Shown one piece after another: positions 37,849 through 47,195 of a stretch of DNA of 64,000 nucleotides; the stretch's first letter is position 1; each line of letters opens with the position of its first letter. The stretch covers positions 12 to 64,011 of the forward strand of contig JBKOWM010000020.1 in NCBI GenBank assembly GCA_046724395.1, read 5' to 3'. A program made the translations under genes and the position numbers. The notes under the pieces are model-generated. The model had not been told where the DNA came from. It was given only the letters and a program-made list of their open reading frames with translations, and ran no database searches. The DNA is from Actinomycetota bacterium. GTDB taxonomy: Bacteria > Actinomycetota > UBA4738 > HRBIN12.

Positions 37849-39132
37849 ATGGCCGTCCTGTCGCTCGGCATCTCGCACCGGCGCGCCTCCGTCGATCTCC
37901 TCGAACGCCTGGCCTTCGGCGACGACGACCTTGCGAAGGCGTATCGCGCGGCGGCCGACGAGGGAGCGATCGAGGGCGCGGTCATCCTGTCGACGTGCAA
38001 CCGGGTCGAGGTGTACGCGCAGGTGCCGACCTACCACGCGGGGTTCCTCGCGCTGAAGCGCCTGTTGGCCGAGACTCGCTCCGTCGACCCAGACGAGCTC
38101 GGCGACGCGCTGTATTCACACTACGAGGAATCGGCGGCGGATCATGTGTTCGACGTCGCCGCCGGCCTCGACTCAATGGTCCTGGGCGAGCCGCAGATCC
38201 TCTCGCAGGTGCGCGACGCGTTTCGCCGCGCCGAGGCCGAGCACGCGACGACCCCCCTCCTCAGGGACCTGTTCCATGCGGCGGCGCGCGCCGGCCGACG
38301 GGTCCGGACGGAGACCGGCATCGCCGCCGCGCCCGACGCGTTCGTTGCGGCCGGAGCGGATCTCGCCGACGAATGGCTCGACGGACTTCTCGGTCGAAAT
38401 GCGACCGTGGTCGGCGCCGGACACATGGCCACCCTCGCGGCGCGACACCTGCGAGAGCGGGGCGTCCGCTCGATCCGGGTTCTCAACCGCACGCCCGAGC
38501 GAGCTCGCGCCCTGGCACGGCGCGTCGGCGGCGATCACGCCGGACTCGATCGTCTTGCCGAGGCCCTCGCGGACTCGGACGTCGTCGTCGGCGCGACCGG
38601 AGCGTCGAGGATCGTCCTCGATGAGCGGTTGGTGCGCGACGCCATGCGCGCGCGCCGGGATCGGCCATTCTTCGTGTTGGACCTCGCCGTTCCACGTGAC
38701 GTCGAACCGTCGGCCGGTAGCGCCCGCGGTGTTCGTCTCGTCGACATCGAGGGGCTTCGCGAGCGGTTGTCGCGTCGCGACGACGTCGTCGTCGCCGACG
38801 TGGAGCGTGGGCGCGAGATCGTGCGCGAGGAGGTGCGTCGCTTCTCGCTGCGTCGCCGTGCGGAGCGCCTGGCACCGCTGATCACCGGACTTCGCGAGCG
38901 CGGGGAAGACATCGTTCGCGCCGAACTCGAGCGCTTCGGCTCGGAGCTCGCGGAGCTCACGCCGGACCAGCGGTCGGCGGTCGAGGCGCTCGCGCGCGGC
39001 ATCGTCGCGAAGCTTCTTCACGATCCAATCGTTCGACTCAAGGAGCGGTCGGCGCCCGGCGGCGATTCCGCATATGCCACGACGCTCGCCGACCTGTTCG
39101 GCATCGGTCGGCGCGGCTCGTCGCCGTCGTGA
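37849..39132 (+). CDS. hemA: glutamyl-tRNA reductase
   Basis: 'MAVLSLGISHRRASVDLLERL', 'ILSTCNRVEVY', NADP Rossmann 'VVGAGHMA'. Confidence 0.9.
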   Translation: MAVLSLGISHRRASVDLLERLAFGDDDLAKAYRAAADEGAIEGAVILSTCNRVEVYAQVPTYHAGFLALKRLLAETRSVDPDELGDALYSHYEESAADHVFDVAAGLDSMVLGEPQILSQVRDAFRRAEAEHATTPLLRDLFHAAARAGRRVRTETGIAAAPDAFVAAGADLADEWLDGLLGRNATVVGAGHMATLAARHLRERGVRSIRVLNRTPERARALARRVGGDHAGLDRLAEALADSDVVVGATGASRIVLDERLVRDAMRARRDRPFFVLDLAVPRDVEPSAGSARGVRLVDIEGLRERLSRRDDVVVADVERGREIVREEVRRFSLRRRAERLAPLITGLRERGEDIVRAELERFGSELAELTPDQRSAVEALARGIVAKLLHDPIVRLKERSAPGGDSAYATTLADLFGIGRRGSSPS

Positions 39133-40016
39133 CGCTTCGGATCGGAACCCGCCGCTCGAGGTTGGCGCTCGCGCAAGCCGAAGAGGTGCGGGCGCGACTC
39201 GCCGCGCTAGGCGTGGAGTCCGAGCTCGTGCCGCTGTCGACGGCCGGCGACCGGGGCGAGTCGGCCACGGGCCCGATCGCCGGCCTGAAGGGCCTCTGGG
39301 TCAACGAAATCGTTCGCGCGCTCCGCGAAGGCGAGGTCGACCTAGCCGTGCATTCGGCGAAGGACCTGCCCGCCGAGGACGAGGACGGCGTCATCATCGC
39401 GGCCGTTCCCGAGCGCGCGAGCCCGCTCGACGTTCTCGTGACGCACGACGGTGACCTACCCAAGGGTGGTCGCGTCGGCACCTCCAGTCTGCGGCGGCAG
39501 GCGCAGATCTGGCGCTGGCGCCCGGACGTGCTGCTGAAGGACCTGCGGGGAAACGTCGATACGCGGCTCCGGAGGGTCGAGGACGGCGAGGTCGAGGCGA
39601 TCGTCATCGCGGCCGCCGGGCTCCTCCGCCTTGGCGTCGTACCCGAGCACGCAGCGCCGATGTCGCTCGCGGAAATGGTCCCGGCGCCCGGGCAGGGATG
39701 CCTCGCCGTGCAGACGATGGACGACACGACGCGCGAGGTGGTTGCCAGGCTCGATCACCGTGAGAGCCGCATCGCGCTCGAGGCCGAGCGCCGACTCACG
39801 GCGCTGCTCGGTGGAGGATGTGCCCTCCCGCTCGGCGCGAACGCGTCGATCGAGGGCGACCGCGTCCGCCTGGTCGGGGTCGTCGCGAGCGCCGACGGAG
39901 CACGAGTGGTCCGTACGGCAGTCGATGGCGGATCCGCCCGCGAGGCCGCCGATCGCGCCGCACGCGACCTCCGTGCCGGCGGCGCCGACGAGATCCTCGC
40001 CAAGGTCCGGCCGTGA
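39129..40016 (+). CDS. hemC: hydroxymethylbilane synthase (porphobilinogen deaminase)
   Basis: 'LRIGTRRSRLALAQA', 'GTSSLRRQAQI', 'KDLRGNVDTRL'. GTG start overlaps the hemA stop (GTGA). Confidence 0.9.
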   Translation: MTLRIGTRRSRLALAQAEEVRARLAALGVESELVPLSTAGDRGESATGPIAGLKGLWVNEIVRALREGEVDLAVHSAKDLPAEDEDGVIIAAVPERASPLDVLVTHDGDLPKGGRVGTSSLRRQAQIWRWRPDVLLKDLRGNVDTRLRRVEDGEVEAIVIAAAGLLRLGVVPEHAAPMSLAEMVPAPGQGCLAVQTMDDTTREVVARLDHRESRIALEAERRLTALLGGGCALPLGANASIEGDRVRLVGVVASADGARVVRTAVDGGSAREAADRAARDLRAGGADEILAKVRP

Positions 40017-40765
40017 CTCCGCGCGTCCGCCGGACGCTCGACGGCCGAACGATCGTGGTTACGCGCCCGCTCGAACACTCGGCATCGCTCGCTGCACAAC
40101 TCGAGCGCCTCGGCGCCAACGCGATCGTCGCGCCGACGATCGAGCTCATCCCCGCTCGCTCAGCGGCCTGGACGCGCGGGCTGCGTGATCTCACGGCCGG
40201 CCGGTTTGCGTGGCTGACGATCACCAGCCGACAGACGGTCGACGTTCTCCGGTCGCGGATCGATCCCGGCGCCGTACGGGCGCGGGTCGCGGCGATCGGC
40301 GACGGGACGGCCGAGGCATTCCGGTCGTGGACCGGTCGTGAGCCGGACCTGGTGCCGGCGATCTTCACGACGGCGGCGCTGGCGCGCGCGTTCCCGCGCG
40401 GGGAGGGGCGAGTGCTCTGCGCACGTGCCGACATCGCGCCCGAGGGCCTGGAAGAGGCGATCTCGGCGAAGGGTTGGACGCCCGAGCGGGTGGACGCGTA
40501 CCGCACGCGACAGCCCACGCGCCTGCCGCGGGAGGCCCGAGAGGCGCTGGCGCGCGGCGACGTCGACGCGCTGACCTTCACGAGCGCGTCGACGGTGCGC
40601 GGTTTCGTCCGGGCGGTCGGTCGGCTCGGCGGCGACCCGAAGGTCGTCTGTATCGGTCCCGTCACCGCGCACGAGGCGCGCGCGCACGGCCTCCGCGTCG
40701 ACGCCGTCGCGCGGCCGCACACGGTTGCGGGCCTCGTCGCCGCGCTCGAGCGGACGCTCCGCTGA
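40013..40765 (+). CDS. hemD: uroporphyrinogen-III synthase
   Basis: HemD-like 'LDGRTIVVTRP', 'LTFTSASTVRGF'. GTG start overlaps the hemC stop; the ORF-track N-terminal extension is discounted. Confidence 0.75.
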   Translation: MTPRVRRTLDGRTIVVTRPLEHSASLAAQLERLGANAIVAPTIELIPARSAAWTRGLRDLTAGRFAWLTITSRQTVDVLRSRIDPGAVRARVAAIGDGTAEAFRSWTGREPDLVPAIFTTAALARAFPRGEGRVLCARADIAPEGLEEAISAKGWTPERVDAYRTRQPTRLPREAREALARGDVDALTFTSASTVRGFVRAVGRLGGDPKVVCIGPVTAHEARAHGLRVDAVARPHTVAGLVAALERTLR

Positions 40766-40820
40766 TGCGATGTCACGGCATCGCGACTGCGTCGCGGGGT
40801 CCGCACGCTAGCATCCACGC

Positions 40821-41807
40821 ATGACGTCCTTTCCACGGCACCGCCCCCGGCGGCTCCGCCGGACACCCGCTCTTCGAGCCCTGATTCGCGAGACCGATCT
40901 CACGCCTCGGCGCCTGATCGCGCCCCTGTTCGTGAAGGAGGGAATGGAGGAGCCTGCGCCCATCGACTCGATGCCGGGTCAGTCCCAGCACACGCTCGAG
41001 TCGCTCCGGAAGGAGTCGGTCGAGATCGCGAGCAGGGGCGTCAACGCGTTCATGTTGTTCGCCGTTCCCGAGCAAAAGGATCCCGAGGGGTCGGAGGCGT
41101 GGAACCCGGACGGCATCGCGCAGCGAGCTATCCGGGTCCTTCGCGCAGAGCTCGGGGACGAGCACGTCATCGTCGCCGACCTGTGCCTCGACGAGTACAC
41201 CGACCACGGGCACTGCGGCGTCCTCGACGACGATGACAACGTCGACAACGACGCGACGCTCGGCCTGTACCGGCGGATCGCGCTCGCGCAGGCGGACGCC
41301 GGCGCACACATGATCGGACCGAGCGGCATGATGGATGGGCAGGTGGCGGCGCTCCGCGACGAGCTCGACGCAAACGAGTTCGAGCGCGTCGGCATCATGG
41401 CGTACGCGGCGAAGTTCGCCTCGGCGCTCTACGGCCCGTTCCGCGAGGCGGCGGAGTGCGCCCCGCGGTTCGGCGACCGCTCCGGATACCAGATGGATCC
41501 ACCGAACGCGGACGAGGCTCTTCGTGAGATCCGCACGGACATCGACGAGGGCGCCGACATCGTCATGGTCAAGCCCGCGCTTCCATATCTCGACGTGATC
41601 CGGCGGGCGAAGGACGAGACCCGCTTCCCCCTCGCGGCGTACAACGTGAGCGGCGAGTACGCGATGGTGAAGGCAGCGGTCGCCAACGGCTGGCTCGACG
41701 AGCGCCGCGCCACGCTCGAGATCCTCACGTCGATCCGTCGCGCGGGCGCCGACCTCATCCTCACGTACCACGCGAAGCAGGCGGCCGACTGGCTTGCCGG
41801 CTCGTGA
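40821..41807 (+). CDS. hemB: porphobilinogen synthase (ALA dehydratase)
   Basis: 'RRLRRTPALRALIRET', 'PLFVKEG', active-site Lys region 'DIVMVKPALPYLDVI'. Confidence 0.9.
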   Translation: MTSFPRHRPRRLRRTPALRALIRETDLTPRRLIAPLFVKEGMEEPAPIDSMPGQSQHTLESLRKESVEIASRGVNAFMLFAVPEQKDPEGSEAWNPDGIAQRAIRVLRAELGDEHVIVADLCLDEYTDHGHCGVLDDDDNVDNDATLGLYRRIALAQADAGAHMIGPSGMMDGQVAALRDELDANEFERVGIMAYAAKFASALYGPFREAAECAPRFGDRSGYQMDPPNADEALREIRTDIDEGADIVMVKPALPYLDVIRRAKDETRFPLAAYNVSGEYAMVKAAVANGWLDERRATLEILTSIRRAGADLILTYHAKQAADWLAGS

Positions 41808-41881
41808 CGTCGCACCGACGCCGCACGCTCGCCCATCAGCGACGGCCCGCCGTCACGGCGGGACGCACGGCGAAGCGCAAC

Positions 41882-43339
41882 TCAGCCCTCGTCGGCGCCG
41901 ATGATCCACTCCGTTCCCGGTCGCCGATTCGTCCGCAGCTCGCCGCCGAGGAGCACGCGCGTGAGCGTGCTCTCCTCCGCGAGCAGCTCGTCGAGCGCCG
42001 CGTGGACCTCCCGGTCCGTCGCGACGAGCGCGCCGGCCGAATCATCGGGCGACGCAACAGCCGACAGTACCGCCGCCTTTCGCATCAGCTCCTTGATGAA
42101 CGATGCCGTAACACCCTGCGTGCGCTCGACGATCGAGCCGACGTCGTCGAGACGCAGGTCGAGGCCCCGTCCGTAGAGCTGGATGAGACGCCGCCGCGCG
42201 CCCTCGTCGGGAAGAGCGATCTCGACGGCGAGGTCGACACGGCCGGGCCGGGCCGCGAGCGCCGGCTCGAGCAGGTCGGCCCGGTTCGTCGTGAGGAGGA
42301 AGGCCACGTCGGCGTCCTCCTCGATCCCATCCATCACGTTCAGGACGTCGTACAGGAACGGGTTGCTGAAGCCGGGATGCATCCCCCGCTGCTCCGCGAC
42401 GAGGTCGACGTCCTCCAACACGACGACGGAAGGTTGAAGCAAACGGGCGAGCGCCCCTGCGTGGCGCACGAGGTGCAACGCGCCACCCGTGAGCAACACG
42501 ACGGTGTGGTCGCGCGCTGCGCTCACCAGATATCGGACCGTGAGTGTCTTGCCGGTGCCGGGCGGACCGTGCAGGAGGAGCCCTCGCTTGACGTGCTGAT
42601 CGCTCCCGCGAAGTCGTTCCCTGTGCCGAGCCACCTCGAGGACCTGCCGCTCGACGGCCTCGAGGACGCCGGGCGCGAGCACCAAATCAGTGCGCTGAAC
42701 GGCGGGTCGGTCGTAGAACACGATCGGACCGGCGCCGTAGTGACCCATCGGCGACTCCCCGAACGATATGACCTGTCCGCGGAAGACGTTCAGCTCGATG
42801 GTGAGGTCGCGGACGTCCCTCAAAAAGGCGAGCCCGCGCTCCTCGTCCACCGACAGGACCTCGAGGGTGATCCCCTGGCTCTCGGCGTGCGGACTCGGAC
42901 CGCGCATCAGGACCGCGAACCTCGCTCCACCGTCGTCGACGAGGAACAGACCGAACTGAACGCAGGCCAGCGTCTCGCGCGGGCCGACCGGCAGGTTCAC
43001 GAGGTCGACGGGCCCAACGCGCACACCCATCCACTGGCCGGCGTCGAGCATGTCGGACAGCGACGAATAGTGCCGCTGCTGGCCGGTCAGGCCGACGAGC
43101 TCGTGCGAGCGGCCCTCGCCGCCGAGCCAGGCCGTCACCGCGACCTGGACGTTGACGTGGTCCCAGGGCTGGAAGGTCTCCGACAGGATCGGGACCATCG
43201 AGGTATCGGCCCCTACGTGGGCGTCGATGAGGGCCCGCACCGGCGATATACGCTCGTCTTGCGCGAGCTTGGCCATGCGCTCTGCGAAGACCTGGAAGGT
43301 GGCGGCGAATCGCTCGATCTCCTTCTCCGTTGGCTCCAT
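41882..43339 (-). CDS. AAA+ family ATPase with about 250-aa N-terminal domain
   Basis: Walker A 'GPPGTGKT', Walker B 'VVVLEDVDL', sensor '[14 protein letters not shown]'. ATG 43339 ([11 protein letters not shown]). Confidence 0.75.
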   Translation of the reverse strand: MEPTEKEIERFAATFQVFAERMAKLAQDERISPVRALIDAHVGADTSMVPILSETFQPWDHVNVQVAVTAWLGGEGRSHELVGLTGQQRHYSSLSDMLDAGQWMGVRVGPVDLVNLPVGPRETLACVQFGLFLVDDGGARFAVLMRGPSPHAESQGITLEVLSVDEERGLAFLRDVRDLTIELNVFRGQVISFGESPMGHYGAGPIVFYDRPAVQRTDLVLAPGVLEAVERQVLEVARHRERLRGSDQHVKRGLLLHGPPGTGKTLTVRYLVSAARDHTVVLLTGGALHLVRHAGALARLLQPSVVVLEDVDLVAEQRGMHPGFSNPFLYDVLNVMDGIEEDADVAFLLTTNRADLLEPALAARPGRVDLAVEIALPDEGARRRLIQLYGRGLDLRLDDVGSIVERTQGVTASFIKELMRKAAVLSAVASPDDSAGALVATDREVHAALDELLAEESTLTRVLLGGELRTNRRPGTEWIIGADEG

Positions 43340-43487
43340 CGCGGCAGCGTACGTCGTTAGGATCGACCACGGCCGGAAACGAAGGCGCGATCGCGCTCGC
43401 TCGCGAGCGGTCGTGTCGCGGCGGCGCAACGAGCGCGGGCGCCGGGAACGAACGGACCTCTCGGCGACGTTAGAGAGGACGAGACAA

Positions 43488-44036
43488 ATGGGAGACCATG
43501 AAGGAGACCCGACCATGACATTCGAGACCGCCACGTTCGGAGCCGGCTGCTTCTGGGGGGTCGAGTGGGTGTTCCGCCAGGTGCCCGGAGTGATCGACGC
43601 CGTCTCCGGCTACAGCGGCGGAAGCGTAGCGAACCCCGATTACCGTCTCGTCTGTACCGGCAGAACGGGCCACGCCGAGGTCGTGCAGGTCACGTTCGAC
43701 CCGTCGGTTGTGACGTATGACCAGCTCCTCGAGGTGTTCTGGGCGATGCACGATCCGACGCAGGTCGACCGGCAGGGTCCCGACCACGGCACACAGTACC
43801 GCTCGATCGTGCTTGCCCATTCGCCCGAGCAGCGAAAGACGGCCGAGGCCTCGAAGGCCCGGGCACAGGAGCGGTTCTCCAGGCCGATCGCTACGCAGAT
43901 CGAGGACTTCGAGGCGTTCTATCCGGCGGAGGGCTACCACCAGCGGTACTACGAGAAGACCGGGCACGAGCCGTACTGCCACGTGCTGCCCGTCGACCGG
44001 CTGAGCGAGCTCGGTCTGGTTTCGACCCGCTCGTAG
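43488..44036 (+). CDS. msrA: peptide-methionine (S)-S-oxide reductase
   Basis: '[12 protein letters not shown]' active site. Alternative start ATG 43515. Confidence 0.85.
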   Translation: MGDHEGDPTMTFETATFGAGCFWGVEWVFRQVPGVIDAVSGYSGGSVANPDYRLVCTGRTGHAEVVQVTFDPSVVTYDQLLEVFWAMHDPTQVDRQGPDHGTQYRSIVLAHSPEQRKTAEASKARAQERFSRPIATQIEDFEAFYPAEGYHQRYYEKTGHEPYCHVLPVDRLSELGLVSTRS

Positions 44037-44073
44037 GCCGACCGACGCCGCCCCGTTTGCGAGCGCCGCGATA

Positions 44074-44715
44074 GTGGGCGCGGCGGCTGAGGTGCGAGCG
44101 CTCCTCGAGGGCATTCTCGCCGGTCTCGGAATCGCGGTGCCCGTCGGCCCGATCGCCGTCCTGCTCGTCGACATGTCGATGCGTCGCGGGTTCGCGCACG
44201 CGGTGCCGGCCGCGATCGGCACGGCGAGCGCGGATCTGATGTACGCGACCGTTGCCGCCGTCCTGGGATCCGCCGCTGCCGCGGCGCTCGAACCCCTCGA
44301 GGAACCGCTCCAGGGGGTAAGCGTCCTCGTACTGCTAGCGATCGCCGGTATTCGGACGTGGCAACTGCTGCGCCGACCGCTATCCGGAGCATCGCAGCCC
44401 CCGCAGGATCGCCGCTCGGAACGGGGAGGCGTGTCGACCTTCCTCGCGTTCCTCGGGCTGACGCTCCTGAACCCGGTCACGGTCGCGTACTTCGCGGCGC
44501 TGATCCTCGGGCTGCAGGCCGAGGCGCTCATCGGCCCGGACGCGAAGGCGCTCTTCGTGGTCGGGGCGTTCGCGGCGTCGGCGGCGTGGCAGCTCACCCT
44601 GGTTGGCGCGGGCGGACTCCTCCATCACCGCCTGCCCCAGAACGCGACGCTCGTGACGGGCCTCGCCGGCAACGCAGTGATCGTGTTGCTCGCGATCAGG
44701 CTGGCGCTCGACTGA
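44074..44715 (+). CDS. LysE/RhtB-family amino-acid exporter
   Basis: Six-TM protein; 'GLGIAVPVGPIAVLLV' and the 'TLLNPVTVAYFAALI' pattern. Confidence 0.75.
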   Translation: MGAAAEVRALLEGILAGLGIAVPVGPIAVLLVDMSMRRGFAHAVPAAIGTASADLMYATVAAVLGSAAAAALEPLEEPLQGVSVLVLLAIAGIRTWQLLRRPLSGASQPPQDRRSERGGVSTFLAFLGLTLLNPVTVAYFAALILGLQAEALIGPDAKALFVVGAFAASAAWQLTLVGAGGLLHHRLPQNATLVTGLAGNAVIVLLAIRLALD

Positions 44716-45748
44716 GCCGCTCGCGAACCATGACTTCGGCGGCCTCCGACGTCGAGACGCCGTCGGCGTCGGCCCGGCGGAACACGTCCGCAAGGGTGCC
44801 GCCGATTTCTCGGATTCGGTCGTCCCGCCGGGCCTGGTCCTCCCCCAGTAGCTCAAGCGAGGCCAGGTGGATGATGCCGCCGGCGTTGACGACGAAATCG
44901 GGGGCGTACAGGACGCCGCGCTCGGCGAAGCGGTCGGCGTCCCTCGGCGAGACGAGCTGGTTGTTGGCCGCACCGGCGACGATGCGACACCGCAGCCGGG
45001 CGATCGTCTCGGCGGACAGCACGCCGCCGGTCGCGCACGGCGAGAAGACGTCGCACTCGCTCGAGAGGGCGTCCTCGGCCGCGACCGCCGTGGCGCCGAT
45101 CTCGGCGGACGCGCGCTCTGCTCGCGCCTGATCGACGTCGGCCACGGCGACCTTGGCGCCCGCGTCGGACAGGCGGCGGGCGAGCGGCTGGCCGACGGCA
45201 CCAACGCCCTGCACCACGACCGAGCGGTCGTCGAGTCCCGGCGTCCCAAAGACGTGCTCGACGCTGGCCGCGATGGCGTGGAACACACCGTCTGCGGTCG
45301 CCGGAGCGGAGCTGCCCGAGCCGCCCGCTGCCTCCGTTCTCCCGAACACCGAGGAGCACCGGCGCCCGATAACGTCCATGTCCTCGGGCGACGTGTTCAT
45401 GTCGCACGCCGTCCAGTACGTACCGTGCAGCGATTCGACGAGGTCGGCGTAGCGGAGCAGGAGACGCTCCCGTCGCTCACCGGCGGGCAGCTCCGAGACC
45501 GCGATCACGGCCTTTCCACCGCCGAGCGGCAGACCGGCGACCGCGTTCTTGCGCGTCATGGCGCCGGACAGTCGCAGCCCGTCCCCCAGGGCGTCGGCCG
45601 GCGTCTCGTAGACCTTCATGCGCGTCCCGCCGGCGCCGGGTCCGAGGGCGGTGGAATGAACGCACACGAACATCCACGCATCGAGCTCGGCGTCGAAGGC
45701 AAGCGCGACCTCCTCGCCGTCCCAGACGCTGAGGAGTTGCTCGAACAC
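44696..45748 (-). CDS. Glu/Leu/Phe/Val dehydrogenase-family (Leu/Val dehydrogenase-like)
   Basis: 'GGTRM...LSGAMTRKNAVAGLPLGGGKAVI' catalytic Lys box; NAD Rossmann 'VVVQGVGAVG'. GTG start 45748, 2 nt after the upstream small-ORF stop. Confidence 0.85.
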   Translation of the reverse strand: MFEQLLSVWDGEEVALAFDAELDAWMFVCVHSTALGPGAGGTRMKVYETPADALGDGLRLSGAMTRKNAVAGLPLGGGKAVIAVSELPAGERRERLLLRYADLVESLHGTYWTACDMNTSPEDMDVIGRRCSSVFGRTEAAGGSGSSAPATADGVFHAIAASVEHVFGTPGLDDRSVVVQGVGAVGQPLARRLSDAGAKVAVADVDQARAERASAEIGATAVAAEDALSSECDVFSPCATGGVLSAETIARLRCRIVAGAANNQLVSPRDADRFAERGVLYAPDFVVNAGGIIHLASLELLGEDQARRDDRIREIGGTLADVFRRADADGVSTSEAAEVMVRERLSRAPA

Positions 45749-45750
45749 GC

Positions 45751-45894
45751 CTACGACTGCGACGTCTCGATATGGATCGGCTGCGTCCCCGCGGTCGCGC
45801 GCTTGGCCTTCTTCTCGGCGCGCTTCTGCTTCAGGTTCTTCTGAGCCGTGCGTTTGACGTGCTTCTCCCCGCCCTTGTCCTTGCCGTGCGGCAA
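45751..45894 (-). CDS. putative small basic protein (47 aa)
   Basis: SD 'GGAGGTGA' 6 nt before TTG 45894. Product (M)PHGKDKGGEKHVKRTAQKNLKQKRAEKKAKRATAGTQPIHIETSQS. Speculative. Confidence 0.3.
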   Translation of the reverse strand: MPHGKDKGGEKHVKRTAQKNLKQKRAEKKAKRATAGTQPIHIETSQS

Positions 45895-45965
45895 CGCCTT
45901 CACCTCCGTTCCTGGTCCCACGGCATGATGCCGCTCGTGCCGACGTCCGACAAGGAACGGCCCGT

Positions 45966-46382
45966 CTACCAGGTGTCGTCGAGCCCGACCCAGTCGCGGA
46001 ACTGTTCCTTTCCGCCGCGGATCGCCCAGTCGGAGTCGACCGTCAACTTGCTCGAGATCCCGCCGCGTGGACGCGTCTCGAAGACCAGCCGGAGCCGCAC
46101 CGGCTGGTACACCAGGATGAGGTGTTCGTACACGACGTCGAGAAAGCGCTCGTACGAGACCGCGGTGTCCCTCCACTGATACAGGTATTCCTTTAGTGAC
46201 TTCAGCTCGATGACGCTCTCGTTCGGATAAAACGTGACGTACAGCGTCCCGAAGTCGGGCTGGGCACGCGCGCCCAGAAATGTGACCTCCGGCGCCTTGT
46301 GCTTGAGCTCCATGGCGCCACCGGGGTTCGGAAGTGCCTTGAGGACGAAAGGATCGATGTCGTCGTAGCGCTTGGCGCTCAT
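45966..46382 (-). CDS. QueF-family (T-fold) protein, apparently lacking the catalytic Cys
   Basis: QueF signature 'ESVIELKSLKEYLYQW' is present. The position of the QueF 'CPEFTSLCP...QPDF' box reads 'APEVTFLGARAQPDF', with no Cys, by my alignment from memory. Confidence 0.65.
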   Translation of the reverse strand: MSAKRYDDIDPFVLKALPNPGGAMELKHKAPEVTFLGARAQPDFGTLYVTFYPNESVIELKSLKEYLYQWRDTAVSYERFLDVVYEHLILVYQPVRLRLVFETRPRGGISSKLTVDSDWAIRGGKEQFRDWVGLDDTW

Positions 46383-46535
46383 ACAACGACCGTAGGCGCC
46401 GGGCGAGCTCGAGGCAAGCGGGTCCGGCACGAACGCGGTTCGGCGTCGACGAGCGAGGGCGCGGATCAGCCGCAGTCGGTTGGCCCTGCCGGAGGGGTCA
46501 CGCGGCCCGGCGTCGGCGAGGTGACCTAAGGCAGG

Positions 46536-47195
46536 CTAGACGAGGTCACGCACCGCGTCGCGAACATCCTTTCGGATGCCCGAGACGAACGGGACCTCCG
46601 CCTTGGTGAAGCGGCGCGCCTCGGCCTCGCGTAGTCGGCGGATGCAATCGACGATACGGCCGAGATCGTCCGCTTCGAAGGCCAGGATCCATTCCCAGTC
46701 GTTGATGCCGAAGGCGCTCGTCGTGTTGGCCAGCACGTCAGGGAACTCGCGGCCGATCACGCCGTGCTCGCGCAGGAGCGCGGCTCGCTCGTCGCGCGGC
46801 AGCAAATACCACTCGGGCGTACGGACGAACGGGTAGACCGAGACGTACCGCCTCGGTGCGTCGCCCCTCACGAACGCGGGTGCGTGGTCGGGGGTGAACT
46901 CTGCGGGCTTGACGACCCCCATGAAGGACCACGTCATTTCTAGCGCCCGGCCGAGCGCCGTCCGTCGGAAGCGGACGATCGCGTCCTGCACCGCGTCCGC
47001 CGTCGGCGAAACGAGCCACAGCATCACGTCGGCATCGGCGCGGAACCCGACCGTCGAGTACACGCCGCGCACCGAGACGTCGTCGGACACTTCCTTGAAG
47101 AGGTTCTCGACCTCCTGTGCGGCGTCGTCCGGATCCAGCTCGATATCGGGATCCGCTGCGAACACGGGGTACACCGCGTACAGCGATTCGCTCAT
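46536..47195 (-). CDS. chdC: coproheme decarboxylase (chlorite-dismutase family)
   Basis: 219 aa; 'MSESLYAVYPVF', 'GVYSTVGFRADADVMLWL', 'YVSVYPFVRTPEWYLL'. ATG 47195 overlaps the cgoX stop (ATGA). Confidence 0.8.
   Translation of the reverse strand: MSESLYAVYPVFAADPDIELDPDDAAQEVENLFKEVSDDVSVRGVYSTVGFRADADVMLWLVSPTADAVQDAIVRFRRTALGRALEMTWSFMGVVKPAEFTPDHAPAFVRGDAPRRYVSVYPFVRTPEWYLLPRDERAALLREHGVIGREFPDVLANTTSAFGINDWEWILAFEADDLGRIVDCIRRLREAEARRFTKAEVPFVSGIRKDVRDAVRDLV

Noticed and set aside
46383-46535. Possible preQ1 riboswitch upstream of the QueF-like gene
   Set aside because: I could not find the short preQ1-I/II consensus hairpin or pseudoknot elements in the 150-nt leader. Left as ordinary intergenic DNA.
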